DNA of 64,000 nucleotides from the human T2T-CHM13v2.0 reference genome, Homo sapiens: the NCBI RefSeq assembly GCF_009914755.1, contig NC_060932.1. The stretch is one strand, 5' to 3'. The position numbers and the translations under genes are program-made. A model generated the notes under the pieces. That model saw nothing but the letters and a program-made list of their open reading frames with translations, searched no databases and was not told the origin of the DNA. The stretch's first letter is position 1; each line of letters begins with the position of its first letter. Of the stretch, positions 26,783 through 44,374 are shown piece after piece.

Positions 26783-26989
26783 CTAGGGAGCAAAAAAGAG
26801 TTGCCACTGAATGAGTGTGGTTCCTTAAAAAATCATTTATTTACTTTTTAAAATGTGGGTTCATTTATTCAACAGATATCTATTGCACGTTTGCTGTGTG
26901 TCAAGTACTGGAGGAGATACATGAATCTAGTGGAGAGAAGGAAGAGAGGAAAAGAGGTTTCTAGGAAGTGTGGTTTTTCTCTCTCTCTA

Positions 26990-27439
<450 letters not shown>

Positions 27440-28600
27440 TTAACGAGGAGAAGTATGCTCACAAATCCATCATCTAAAAACATCAAAATATTTTTATTAA
27501 TGTATTTCTAATTTCCCTTCTATTTCTACCTTGTATGCACTCATATGTTTTGTATAGCTACACTGATATGTGTATTATATATATATATACACAATTAAAA
27601 ATATAAGAAGATAAAAATAACTACATTTTATATGAGCTATTATTAAAGTGCATTTACTTTTAATTAATATAGACTTACATACATTTTCATTATTATGGAT
27701 TTAATTTTAAAAAGTAAAAGGAAATGGCCTTATGAAATTGCAGTTAAAATGGTGTGCCTCTGCCCTGCCTCTCCACAAAAGACTCACAGGAAACAGAGGA
27801 TGGGAGATATTTTTTCAAAAGAACTCACACTCCAGCTATGGCCAATAGGCCAGAGTGTAACCATGAACGTTTAGAGTGAAAATAACATTTCACAGGTCTT
27901 CGGATTCTCACAGCTGACTTTACCCCATGCTTGAAAACAAGTCCAGGTGATTGGTAGCTGGTAACTCAGAGTAGGGAGTGAGAAGTTGCAGGGCCCCACC
28001 AGGTGAGAGGGCGGATGAGAGAGACCAGACATAAGGCATGGATGAGGCAACCAGGTGCACAGGTCACAGGGCCTAGTAGGTCCTTCCTTCAGAACCACAC
28101 CTTCTCTGCCTCAGGTTGGGCCACTTCTAAATTTTCTTTCAAAGTTGCTCCCTTCTCCTCACCTATTGCCAGAACTCCAGACCAAATGTATTGCTCTGAA
28201 ATATTCGCTTGGAGTCTCAGCAATCAGATGGCTTTCCAGCACATTCCTTATCTGCTTATGGTAGGGCGTTTCTATTGCTGGTAGCAAAGTATGCTAACTC
28301 ATACCTTTTCCAAACTTGTGAGCTGAAGAGGACTGTTATGAAGAGTAAATGTGATAGTGTGTGTAAAATGTCTGGCATAGAGTCAGCACTCAATCAGTTT
28401 GTGATTAAAAGCTACCTTTTACAAAGTAGACGCTGAGATAGTCTGCTGATGTGATTACATAATGATGCATGTCGTACAGTGTCGAATAAGGCTTTAGAGA
28501 CTGCCCAAAATGTATATTTTTCACACTTTCTATTTTTAGCATAAAAATATTTTAATATATAATATCAAATTAAAAGGGGGTTATAAAAATATTCAGACTA

Positions 28601-28890
28601 GGCTGGGCGTGGTGGCTCACACTTGTAATCCCAGCACGTTGGGAGGCCGAGGCAGGAGGATCATGAGGTCAGGGGATCGAGACCACAGTGAAACCCCGTC
28701 TCTACTAAAAATACAAAAACTTAGTCGGGCGTGGTGGCGGGCGCCTGTAGTCCCAGCTACTCGGAGAGGCTGAGGCAGGACAATGGCGGGAACCCAGGAG
28801 GCAGAACTTGTAGTGAGCCGAGATCGCGCCACTGCACTCCAGCCTGGGCGACAAAGCAAGACTCCGTCTCAAAAAAAAAAAACAAAAAAA
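28601..28890 (+). mobile_element. AluY, Yd-lineage-like (12-bp left-arm deletion)
   Basis: gagaccac|agtgaaacccc lacks ~12 nt of consensus; tactcggagaggc; TSD attcagacta. Confidence 0.85.
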
Positions 28891-29694
28891 TTCAGACTAC
28901 TGAGAGGACATGAACCGAAAGACACCTAAACTTACTCTTCATAGAGACTGGCATGTGAGACTTGCTACAGCACAAAAGAAGGCCTTGTTAATATATGGTA
29001 GCAATAAAAATAAGCCAAGTGGTTTTGGAAAACAGTTTTGTAACCTTTCACAGATTTTATATTTTGTCAAAATGTTTCAAAAACTGACATTCAAGTGTGC
29101 AAATTTGTAGATTTTTAAGAACACTGAAATCTGAGACCGACCATTTTGTTTTGATGAAAAACTTAAAACAGAAGAAGCAGTTATGTTGGAAGAATATGGC
29201 TTCCAAAAGATGTAAGATATATAAATAAGGAGCTATTGTTTTTTTAAAGCCATTCAGGTTTTGAAACTTCAGAACTACTTTTTCTTGTTTAACACCAAGC
29301 TTTTCATTCCTTTCCTGTTTCAGCCAATGACCTACTTTTAATCCACTTCTGAGTTATTAACTTAAAATGGTTTCTTATTAGCCACTAAACTCTTAATTTA
29401 TATGTGTCAAAACCAATTTTCCTTAGAGGAATTCAGTTATGCTTATGAAGTGTTCATCACCAGGCAAATTAGAAAGGATAAACCTTATCAAAACGCTGAA
29501 CCAAAATCAGATAGAGTCACTTAAAAAAAAAAAAGAAGAAACAGGAAGTAAACCTGCTGCAATGTAAAAGGTATTATTTGCTAGCAAAAGTCGCAACAGT
29601 AAAAAATCAATATGAGAATCATTACCTCCATTTCAGTGGGTCGATACATCTGTCAGTGTTTTTAATATTACTGTACTTTTAGTTGAGATCTTAC

Positions 29695-29807
29695 CTTATT
29701 CCAAGTAATTATGGGCTGTGGTTCTCCTTGAGCATGACATGAAATGTTTATATTCTTTCCAACCTCGACACTTGTATCCTGAGGAAGTTGAGTAAACACT
29801 GCAAGAG
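29695..29807 (-). CDS. PXDNL: PXDNL coding exon (~exon 13), N-half of Ig-like domain 4
   Basis: 113 bp; ccacag|CT acceptor, AAG|gtaaga donor; [37 protein letters not shown]. Confidence 0.96.
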
Positions 29808-30189
29808 CTGTGGAAACAAACCAAAATAACATCATGTCAAATAATATCATTTTTGTCAACATATGCCAGCTGAGTCAAAGGTATGAACCTGAATGCCATA
29901 TTGGTTAAGCACACTAGTTTTTTAAAAATCAATTACTTGGACGTCTAGGGGAATAACAAGCATCACACCCAGGCTGGCGGCAAGTACAGCAGAGGCCGGA
30001 GCAGGTATTAGGCAAAAGGAATGCACTGAAACTTTAACTACATTTGTATTTTTAACATGCATCTCTTCAGCTGAGCTGTGGGTACAGGATTTTCATTATT
30101 CTTTCTCAGTACTTTTTGTTAAGTGTGAAATAAAACTATACGGTAACATCAAAATTTATTTGTAGCTAAGATAAAAAGATCCAGCTCTT

Positions 30190-32347
30190 CAGTGAGCATC
30201 TCATTTCCTCAAAAAACACAAACTACCATAACACACCTAATATGAAATAGATAATTGAGATAGCTCTGTAACTATTAAAAAAATGAATTCCTAATCCTTA
30301 AAACTCCCCAAATAAGAAATCCCCAGGAAGGAATTAAAATTATTTTACTGGAGAATTTGACCCAGTGTTTAAAAAATTTAACAGGATTTTTATAGACTCT
30401 CCTCTGTAAAATAACAGAGGAGGGAATACTTCCCAACTCCTTTTGGAAGGCTCACCCTAATATCAAAACCAGAAGATAACTACAAACAAAGAAAAAAAAA
30501 GACTACAGTCAAATACTTCTTATGAACATACATACAAAAATCATTAACAAAATATCAGCAAATAGAATTTATCAATATGAAAAGGTTTATACACCATGAG
30601 CAAGTAAGGTTTATTCCCAGGATGCAATACTGGTTCAATATTTGAAAATAAATAAATGTAATCCATCATATTAATGGCTAAAGAAGAAAAGCCACATAAT
30701 AGTATCAATACATAAAAAGTGTTTGCCTATATTCAACGCTCATTATGAGTTACAGACCTCTCAGAAAGAAAATAAAAGTAGAGGGGAACTTCCACAACTT
30801 GGAAAAGAACATATACAAAAGCCCTAGAGTAATTAAACACAGTGAATACTTTTCACATAGAAAATAAGGCAGGGATATCTGTTCTCTCTAGTCTTATTCA
30901 ACACAGTGCTGCAAGTTCTAGCCTGTGCACCATGGCAGGAAAAGGACATAGAAAGCAAACAGAATGGAAAAGAAGAGATAAAACTGTCCCTATTTGCAGA
31001 TGAAATTATTGTCTATGTAGAAAATCCCAATATATATCAAAAATACTCCAAAGTGAGTTCACCAAGGTCTCTGGATACAAGACAAATGTATTAATATATA
31101 GATAGTATTTATTTTATATGCAATCAACGAACATATGGACATAGATCTTTTTAAAAAATACAATTTACAATTGCTCAAAAGCATGAAATAATTAGGTATA
31201 AATTTAACAAAACATCTACAGTACTTATAAACTAAAAACTACAAAATACTGAAGTACAAAATCAAAGATTTAAAAAAATGAATAAGCATATATGCATGGA
31301 TTGAAAGTCTAAAGACAGTAAAGATGTCATTTCTTTACAAATTGATATACAGGTTTAATACAATTCTCATTAAAATCCCAGCAAGATTTTTTCATAAATA
31401 TAGATCAGATTATTCTAAAATTTATGCAGAAATGCAAAGGAACTAGAATAGCTAAATGTTTTTGACAAAAAAGAATAAAGTGAGAGCAACTGATCTACTT
31501 GATTTTAAGACGGGTCATATAGCTGCAGTAATCAAGACTGTGTGGTATTGAGGAATACGGGAGACACAGACACAAATATCAATGGGACACAGCAGACAGC
31601 CCAGTAATAGACCCATACAATATGCTCCATTGATTTTAATGAAAGAGCAGAAGCAGTTCACTGGAAGCCTTTCAACCAACGGTAAAATAGCAAATGGATA
31701 ACCATAGGCAGAAAAATAAACCTTTACCTAAGTCTCATACTTTATAAAAAATTAACTCGAAATGGACAACAAACTTAAATATAAAATGTAAAACTATTAT
31801 TCAAAAAAATAGGAGAAAATCTTTGATATTTAAGCCAAAAGTTCTTTGACTTTGCATAAAAAATTGATCTATTAAAGAAAAAAAATGATAATCAGGATTT
31901 CACCAAAATAAAAAATTCTGTGCTGTGAACACCATGCTGAGAGTATCAAAGGGCAAGTTATAGACGGAGAAAATATTTGCAAACCACATATGCAGAAAGG
32001 AATAGTGTCTAAAATATATAAAGAACCCAAAAATTCAACAGTAAAATACCAAACACTTCAGAGAATGGGCAAAAGGCATGACATTGTACTGTAGAGGATA
32101 TACAGATGGCAAGTCAGCATATGAAAAGGTGCTAAAGATCAGAAGTCATTAGGGACATGCAAATTAAAACCACAATGTGATATTACTACACACCTATGAA
32201 AATGGTGAAAATACAAAATAATGACATTACAAATTGCAGGCAAGGATGCAGGTAAACTGAATTACTCATACATTGTTGGTGGGAATGTAAGATGGTACAG
32301 ACACTCTGGAAAAGAGTTTGGAAACTTCTTTAAAAATTTAAACATGT
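30190..32347 (+). mobile_element. Old L1M (L1MC/MD-like) ORF2 remnant
   Basis: Degenerate RT sequence ([17 protein letters not shown] in ORF 30906) continuing to the ORF2 C-terminus. Confidence 0.85.
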
Positions 32348-32641
32348 GGCCGGGTGCAGTGGCTCATGCCTATAATCCCAGCACTTTGTGAGGCCGAGGT
32401 TGACGGATCACCTGAGGTCAAGAGTTTGAAACTAGCCTGGCCAGCATGGTGAAACCCTGTCTCTACTAAAAATACAATAAATTAGCCAGGCGTGGAGGTG
32501 TGAGCCTTTAATTCCAACTACTTGGGAGGCTGAGGCAGGAGAATTGCTTGAACTGGGGAGGTGGAGGTTGCGGTGAGCCACTGCACTCCAGCCTGGGCGA
32601 CAGAGTGAGACTCCATCTCAAAACAAAATAAAGCAAAAAAA
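32348..32641 (+). mobile_element. AluSx-like
   Basis: Dimeric Alu with a small right-arm deletion. Confidence 0.93.
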
Positions 32642-32724
32642 GTCCAAAAGTGCACAAGCTAAGTCCTGTGGTAGTAAAATATGTAGCATTTTAGGAAAGC
32701 TACCAAACTGTCTTCCTCGTGTTC

Positions 32725-32790
32725 TTTTTTTCCTTTCTTTTTTTTTTTTTTTTTTATGAGACATGGTCTCACTCTGTCACCCAGGCTGGA
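32725..32790 (-). mobile_element. Alu 3'-end fragment with poly(T)
   Basis: T-tract followed by gagacatggtctcactctgtcacccaggctgga. Confidence 0.85.
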
Positions 32791-33366
32791 TCTTCGACTA
32801 AGGAAATAAGAGCTTTCATCATATCTTTCTTGTATGTTTCTGTATTTCTGAAAAAAATTATAGTAAACATGAAACATTTATTGCTGAGAAAGATAAAAAG
32901 GTTCAGTTCCTCTGTTGGAATCTTATTTTTCTTATGTATTTAAATCACATGGTATATTCTAAGTTAACACATGCATTTCAGAATGCTGAGACCATGGCTG
33001 ATTGATGCCTGACAATGCATAATGGACATCTCATGAGAACCAGGGTCAGCCTACGTGCCAGTGATGCTCCTGATCCAATCAAGAAGTCTCCAGTGTCTCA
33101 CTCTTCACATCATAGCCTCCTTTGTCGATGTCCTTTATCGCCAGCTGCTTTCACCTCCTGACACAACAGTTGCTCATTACCACAAGCTGTGCCATCACTT
33201 ATAATATTTTGGAAATATCTAACACCACACTCTAAAGCAAAGCTCTTCTCACTATGCCCTTGCATCTCCTCATTTGGACTTTATCTAGACTTGGAAGGCG
33301 ATCTGCTTCTTTCCTGTTGACCAACAATCTTCTAGTCTCATTCCCTTTCCTTTTCAGCCAAGCTCC

Positions 33367-33762
33367 TGTGAATAAACAGAAGCTTAAAAGATCCAATCCT
33401 TCAGGATGAATCCCAAGCGGCTAACTGGGCTTAAATTTAAAATAGAGCCAAACAGCCATTTCCTGACTAGAGGTGACACACATGCCCTGAGTTCCCTGAA
33501 AACACACACCTTTTTAACTTCAAGACCTTCAGAGCTTACCTGAACCAACCAATCAGAACTCAGCAAGTTTGAATCCTTCATTTGCATAAATGGACCTGAT
33601 TGGGAACATGGGTGGAAACTTTTGCTACAGAACTTGAACTCTCTCTTTGTTTTCTGGAACGCACCTTTGTTTTACACTAGGGGCTGTGTCTCTCCAGTTT
33701 GCAAACTGTTCGCTGGAATAAAGTCTCTGCTTCAAATTCCTTTGCAAAGAACTTTTGTTCAA
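33367..33762 (+). mobile_element. ERV solo LTR (MER54-like, family uncertain)
   Basis: TG start, CCAAT (~33549), ATTTGCAT (~33580), AATAAA (~33717), U5-like end; interrupts L2-like sequence. Confidence 0.6.
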
Positions 33763-34909
33763 GATCCCAAGTTTTGTCACCTTTACCACTTTTCTTCCAA
33801 AATGCTAAACTCCTTTACCCCATTATTATTTCATTCAACAACTCTCCACCATTTTCTTGCATTTCTTCTCACAAAATATCTGCAGTAAAAATAGAGTGAT
33901 TCTATGTCCTGGATTGTCAGGAACAAACTGCCCTTGTCAATTCAGATCCTATTTCACATCAACAGCAACGAATTTCAAGCATTTACTTCTCTTTCAAGTC
34001 ACCTACTTCATCTCTTGGAATACCCTTCTCCTACACAATATTGACTTCTCCACAAAGAAAACAGAAGCCATCAGACTATAAATTCCTCAACTCCTATACT
34101 CTTCTCCCACAGAGGTATCATTCAATCCATACAACCATTCTTACCTCCCCTCCTATCCTCATCTAAACTGAAAAAAATAACTCTTCTCTTAAAGGTCAAT
34201 TGGATCATTAGAGTTGCAAATCTCACCCCATCTTGCCACCTGAGTGATCTTAAATTATTTAATGCTCATGCTCTTCCATCTTTTCAGCCTCTCCTTCCTT
34301 TAGAAAATACCTAGGAAAAACAGGCCCTTCCACTTATTTCTGCATGACCCAGCCCCATCTCCACTGCTGTCTCTTTACTGTTTCCCTCTTCACTTGTTTC
34401 CAAGAAACTTATTGGTTTCTTCGAAAACAAAAACATTCTCTGCTCATGGCACTTCTATACCCTTTATTCCACAGCCCACTTCATTAAGGCTTCGATTTCC
34501 TTGACTGTATGAAACTGCCTTTGTTCAGGCCCTTAAACAAAATTCCAGTCTTTATTGAATGCACCTTTTTGTGGCTTTTGACACATTTGATTCTCTCCTT
34601 CTGGGAATAACTTTTTCTTAGCTGCTAAGACTCTTGTCTCCTCAGGGTTTTTGTGTAACCCAGAGGCTGGGAATTCCTCTATAATATCGCTCATAGCTTT
34701 TTCTTGTCTCTACATTCCAAGGGGGTCCAATTCTTGGTCCTCTCACCTTCTCACTCAATGCACCACCTTAGTTCTAAATTAGTTCATTAATAACCATGGA
34801 CTCTACATCTTAGGTCCACGCTCAGAAACCAACCATTTCATGGACATCTACATTAATTCTCAGCAAGCATACCGATTTAACTTTTTCCCAAGCTGTATTG
34901 ACTGTGTTT

Positions 34910-37310
<2,401 letters not shown>

Positions 37311-38069
37311 TGCCTTTTTTCTCTGACTGTCACTTCACTCAGCTCTCTGCTCAAATGTCATGTCCTTCTAGAGGTATCCCCTGACCTCTCTTTTTAAATG
37401 ACATGTCCTGGTACATTTTTCTGGCCCTATGCCTTGTTGCTTCTTCATCACACTTAACACTCTCTGGAATACACGATATTTACTTCATTTTTTCCCTTTA
37501 GATGAGGAGCATCTTTTCCAAGAGAACAGAGATTCTTCTGCTGTATTTACTGCTAAGTCACCAGTGAGTAAAATAGTGATACCACATGGTTTGTACTCAA
37601 TATACATTAAATGTATTTTCTACCATGTAACAAATGGTTCCAGAATGTTTGCTAATAATCTTTTTGGAACTACTAGGAAATAAGAAGGTTAAAAATACTA
37701 GAATTAAGACACTATGAATTCTAGTATGCTCTACTGAAGATTAATGGCATTGATATTATTACCCCCAAATTATGATAATCATGAGCATTTATTAGATGAG
37801 GAAACTGAGTCACAGAATTATGACAGAATGTAACACAGATCAGTTTGCCATAGACACAATATATCTTGATTTTAGCATTCTATAGATTGCCTCTTTACAG
37901 AGATGAGGTAGTAAAAACAGGTAGAAAGGAGCTCTTAAGGATATATAATGATTGAACATCTATACCCAAGAAATAACAATTAATATATCAATGTCACCCA
38001 GATAAAGTGCTCTGTCCTTTCCACATTTCATCAAATACATGGACATAAACACACACAAGAGTCTTCATT

Positions 38070-38376
<307 letters not shown>

Positions 38377-38629
38377 TCATCAGTGTTTTTTGTTTGCTTG
38401 TTTTTGTTTGTTTGTTTGTTTGTTTTTTAGATGCAACATATTTGGAAAAGAAAATAATTACACTGGACTCCAGTCAAGAATGGAAAGGTATCGTTGCAGC
38501 CTGGTAGAATGGCTGAAATAAACAAGTTAAAATTTAAAAAAAGTAATAAATTTGGGGAATTTTTCAGATTAAATAAAATTTTCTTTACAAATAGAAGATG
38601 TAGATAATGAGAACAAATAATTAATGTGG

Positions 38630-39548
38630 AGGCAAGATGGCGGCAACCAAGAGGAAACAGCATGGAGGCGTGGCAGTTCAGGCGAAGAACCCAGAAAGAA
38701 GCGAAAAAGAGGCGGAGCAGCCAGCTAAGCTGGGCACCACCGCAGAGGAGGTGGAAGAAGAAGATAGAGACTGGATCCCAGGCCCCGTTTGCAAGGGGGA
38801 GTGAAAAAACAAGGAATGGATTTTCATCTTTTCTTCCAGAGGAATAAATAAATTTCAGAACAAGACATTTTATGCAGGACTTGAGAATGTTGATGCCTCA
38901 TTCTAAAGCAGATACTAAAATGGATCGTAAGCATAAATAATTTGAGATTAGTGAGTTCTGTGAAATGAAAAACTGTAATAAATGCATCTACTTTGAAGCT
39001 AAGAAAAAAACAGGATCTCTTTATGTAGCTTTCAAATTCACCTCATGGACCATCTGCTAAATTCCTTGTTCAAAATAGTCATAGCCTAGCTGAACTACAG
39101 ATGACTGGAAACCTTTTGAAAGGTTCTTGCCCCTTTTGTCTTGACCCAGCTTTTGATGAATTACTACATTATGCTTTGTTAAAAGAACTCTTAATTCAGA
39201 TCTTTAGTACACCGTGGTATCATCCCAAAAGCCAACCATTCGTGGGCCATGTGTTGACTTTCACCATTTTGGATAATAGGATATGGTTTCAGAAGTTTTA
39301 TATCATAGAAGAAGGTGTTGCTCTTGTAGAAATAGGACCTTGTTTTGTCTTAAATCTCATAAACATTATTCAGGGAAGTTTTGGAGGACCAACTTTATAT
39401 AAAAATTCTCACTACCAGGCACCAAAAATGCATTGCCATGTCATAAGATCCATCACACCTGCAAAATACAGAGAGAATCAGCAAGCGAAAGATGTGCAGA
39501 AACTGAGAAAGAAAGAGCCAAAGATCCTTCTTCCATGTGATCCCACTG
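38630..39548 (+). pseudogene. BRIX1P1: BRIX1 processed pseudogene, 3'-truncated
   Basis: Intronless; ATG at 38637 gives MAATKRK..GG.AVQAK; then RTRHFMQDLRMLMPHSKADTKMDRK, MTGN.LKGS, HPKSQPFV, LVEIGP.FVL (Brix motif), GSFGGPTLY. Stop near 38938 and frameshifts; ends at DPT. Symbol is from recall. Confidence 0.93.
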
Positions 39549-41506
39549 TTCAGACCACAGTGGAATAAAATTGAAAATCAACTCCAAAAGGATCCCTCAA
39601 AACCATGCAAATACATGGAAATTAAACAATCTGCTCCTGAATGATCACTGGGTCAACAGTGAAATCAAGATGGAAATTTCAGATTGTTTGAGCTGAACAA
39701 TAATACCCAACCTATTAAAACCTCTGGGATAAAGCAAACACAGCGCTAAGAGGGAAGTTCATAGCCTTAAATGCCTACACCATGAAGTCTGAAAGGGCAC
39801 AAACAGACAATCTAAGGTCACACCTCAAGGAACTAGAGAAAGAAGAACAAACCAAATATAAACCCAGCAGAATAAAAGAAATAACAAAGACCAGAGCAGA
39901 ACTACATGAAATTGAAGCAAACAAATTACAAAAGATAAATGAAAAAAAAGCTGGTTCTTTGAAAAGATAAATAAAATTCATAGGTCATTAGCAAGATTAA
40001 CCAAGAAGAGAAAAGAACCAAATAAGCTCAATTAGAAATGAAACAGGAGATATTACAACCAATACCACAGAAATGCAAAAGATCATTCAAGGCTACTATG
40101 CAAACCTTCATGTGCACAAACTAGAAAACCTAGAGGAGATGGATATATTCCTGGAAATATACAACCTTCCTAGATTAAACCAGGAAGAAATAGAAACTCT
40201 GAACAGACCAACAGTAAGTAGTGAGATTAACACAGTAATAAAAAATTTGTCAACAAAAAAGTCTAGAATTCATAGCTGAATTCTATCAGACATTCAAAGA
40301 AGAATTGGTATCACTCTTATTGACACTATTCCACAAGACAGAGACGGGGGAATTTTCCCTAAATCATTCTATGAAGCCAGTATCATCCTAATACCAAAAA
40401 CCAGGAAAGGACATAACAGAAAAAGAAAACTACAGACCAATATCCCTGATGAATATAGATGCAAAAATCCTTAACAAAATACTAGCTAACCAAATTCAAC
40501 AGCATATCAAAATGATAATCCACCATGATCAAGTGGGTTTTATACCAGGGATGCACAGATGGTTTAACATATGCAAATCAATAAGTGTGATACACCACAT
40601 AAACAGAATTAAAAACATAAATCACATGATCATATCAATAGATGCAGAAAAAGCATTTGACAAAATCCAGCATCTCTTTATGACTAAAACCCTCACCAAA
40701 ATTTGCATAGAAGGGAAATATCCTAAGGTAATAAAAGCCATCTATGATAAACCCACAACCAACATAATACTGAATGGAGAAAAGTTGACGGCACTATCCC
40801 TCAGAACTACTTCTATTCAACATAGTACTGGAAGTCCTAGACAGAGCAGTTGGACAAGAGAAAGAAATAAGGGCCATCCAAATGAGTAAAGAGGAAATCA
40901 AACTCACTGTTTGCTGATGATATGATTGTATACCTAGAAAACCCTAAAGGCTCCTCAAAAAAGTTCTTAGAACTGATAAATGTATTCAGCAAAGTTTCAG
41001 AATACAAAATTCATGTACACAAATCAGTAGCACTGGTATATACAGGAGCAACCAAATTGAGAATCAAATCAGGAACTCAACTCCTTTTACAATAGCTGCA
41101 AAAAATAAAATAAAATAAACTACTTAGAAGTATACCTAATCAAGGAGGTGAAAGAGCTCTATAATGAAAACTTCAAAACACTGCTGAAAGAAATCATAGA
41201 TGACACAAATGAATTGAAACACATCCTGTGCTCATGAATGGGGAGAATCAATATTGTGAAAATGACCATACTGACAAAAGCAATCTAAAAATTCATGCAA
41301 TTCCCATCAAAATACCACCATCATTCTTCACAGAACTAAAAAAAGCAATTCTAAAATTCATATGGAAGCAAAAAAAAGCCCACATAACCAAAGCAAGACT
41401 AAGCAAAAAGAGCAAATCTAGAGGCATCTCATTACCTGACTTCAAACTATACTATAAGGTCATAGTCACCAATAAAGCATGGAACTGTTATAAAAATAGG
41501 CACATA

Positions 41507-41757
<251 letters not shown>

Positions 41758-42563
41758 TGGCACATAAACCAATGGAACAGAATAGAGAACCCAGAAATTA
41801 AGCCAAATACTTATGGCCCACTGATCTTCAACAAGGCAAACAAAAACGTTAAAGTGGGGAAAGGATACCCTATTCAACAAATGGTGCTGGGATAATTGGC
41901 AAGCCACATGGAGAAGAATGAAACTGGATCCTCATCTTTCACCTTATACAAAAATCAACACGAGATTGATCAAGGACTTAAATCTAAGACCTGAAAGCAT
42001 AAAAACTGTAGAAGATGACATCGGGAAAAACCCTTCTAGACATTGGCTTGGGCAAGGACTTCATGACCAAGAATCCAAAAGCAAATGCAAAACAAACAAA
42101 GATAAATAAATGGTTGTTAATTAAAATAACAAGCTTCTGCATAGTAAAAGAAATAATCAGCAGAGTAAACAGACAACCCACAGAATAGAAGAAAATCTTT
42201 GCAATCTATGCATCCAGTGAGGACTAATATCCAGAATCTACAAGGAAATCAAACAAATCAGCAAGAAAAAAACAAACAATCCATCAAAAAGTGGGCTAAG
42301 GACATGAATAGACAATTCTCAAAAGAAGATATACAAAGGGCCAACAAACATATGAAAAAATGCTCAATATCACAAATGATCAGAGAGATGCAAATCAAAG
42401 CAAAAATGTGATACCACCTTACTCCTGCAAGAATGGCCATAATCAAAAAAATAAAAAAATAATAGATGTTGGCATGGATATAGTGGAAAGGGAACACTTT
42501 TACACTGCTGGTGGGAATGTAAACTAGTATAACCACTATGGAAAAGAGTGTGGAGATTCCTTA

Positions 42564-42983
<420 letters not shown>

Positions 42984-44021
42984 TTATAACAGCACAATTT
43001 GCAATTGCAAAAATATGAAACCAGCCCAAATGCCCATCAATCAACAAGTGGGTGAAGAAATTGTGAGACAGATATACATATATATATATGTATATATACA
43101 CACACACACACACACCATGGAATACTACTCAGCCATAAAAGGGAATGAAATAATGGCATTTGCAGCAACCTGGATGGAATTGAAGACTATTATTCTAAGT
43201 GAAGTAACTCAGGAATGGAAAACCAAATATCTTACATTCTCACTCATAAGTGGGAGCCAAGCTATGAGGATGAAAAGAGATAATAATGATACAATGGACT
43301 TTGGGGATTCGGGGGAAAGGATGGGAGGGTGGTGAGGGATGAAAGACTACACATTGGGTACAATGTACACTGCTTGGGTAATGGGTGCACCAAAATCTCA
43401 GAAATCACCACTAAAGAACTTATTCATGTAACCAAACACCACCTATTCCCCCAAAACCTACTGAAATTTAAAAAAATCCATTGAAAAATAATAATAATAA
43501 TAATTCATGTGGCAGTGACCTTTGGGGATATTACCAGTGAAACATCATGAATGAGTCCACACCATCCATGAAAGCTCTCCCACATTGCAGCTATCCCACA
43601 ACACTCTACATAGCTCACAACACATGTTGCCCTTACTTACTGATGGTGCAAATTTATTCAATATTTACCTTCTGCTTACAAAATATATTTTAAAATTAAA
43701 AAATAGCTAAAGTATCTATCTAGGAAGGAAATTACACATTTGAGTCTGAATTGGGACACAGAGAAATACCTGAGACCAGGAAGGGCCTGAAAACACAGCA
43801 GGGTATTAAGGGGGCTTTTCCAGCTGTCTTAGTGTTGCTGCTAGGGCCTATGGCACAGGGAGAAGAGTGAGATGTGTCCCAGCCATGAGGTGCAGAGGGC
43901 CAGCAGGATTGCACTGCCTCTCCCCTGTGGGGCTTACTGAGCAGATCCAGAGCCTGTCCAGGTGACTGTGGGAGAGAGGGACCCATGTTTTTGGGCAGTG
44001 CAGTGCTGAGGGGAAGAGACT

Positions 44022-44374
44022 TCATATGGTTTGGTTCTGTGTCCCCACCCACATCTCACTTTGAATTGTAATAATTCCCACGTGTCAAGGGCTGGACTGG
44101 GTGGAGATAATTGAATCATGGGGGTGGTTTCTGCCATACTGTTCTAGTAATATTGAGTTCTCACGAGATCTGATGGTTTTATAAGGGGCTTCCCCCTCTG
44201 CTCGGCACTCATTCTCTCTCCTGCCACCGTGTGAAGAGGTGTCTTCTGCCACAATTGTAAGTTTCCTGAGGCCTCCCCAGCCATACAGAACTGTGAGCCA
44301 ATTAAACCTCTTTTCTTTATAAATTACCCAGTCTCAGGTATTTCTTCATGGTAGCAGGAGAACAGACTAATACA
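44022..44374 (+). mobile_element. THE1 (THE1C/D-like) MaLR solo LTR
   Basis: atatggtttggttctgtgtccccaccca…attaaacctcttttctttataaattacccagtctc…gactaataca. Confidence 0.9.

Noticed and set aside
39101-39568. 155-aa BRIX1-like ORF as a functional retrogene
   Set aside because: Upstream stop and frameshifts, substitutions at conserved residues, missing C-terminus and no visible promoter.
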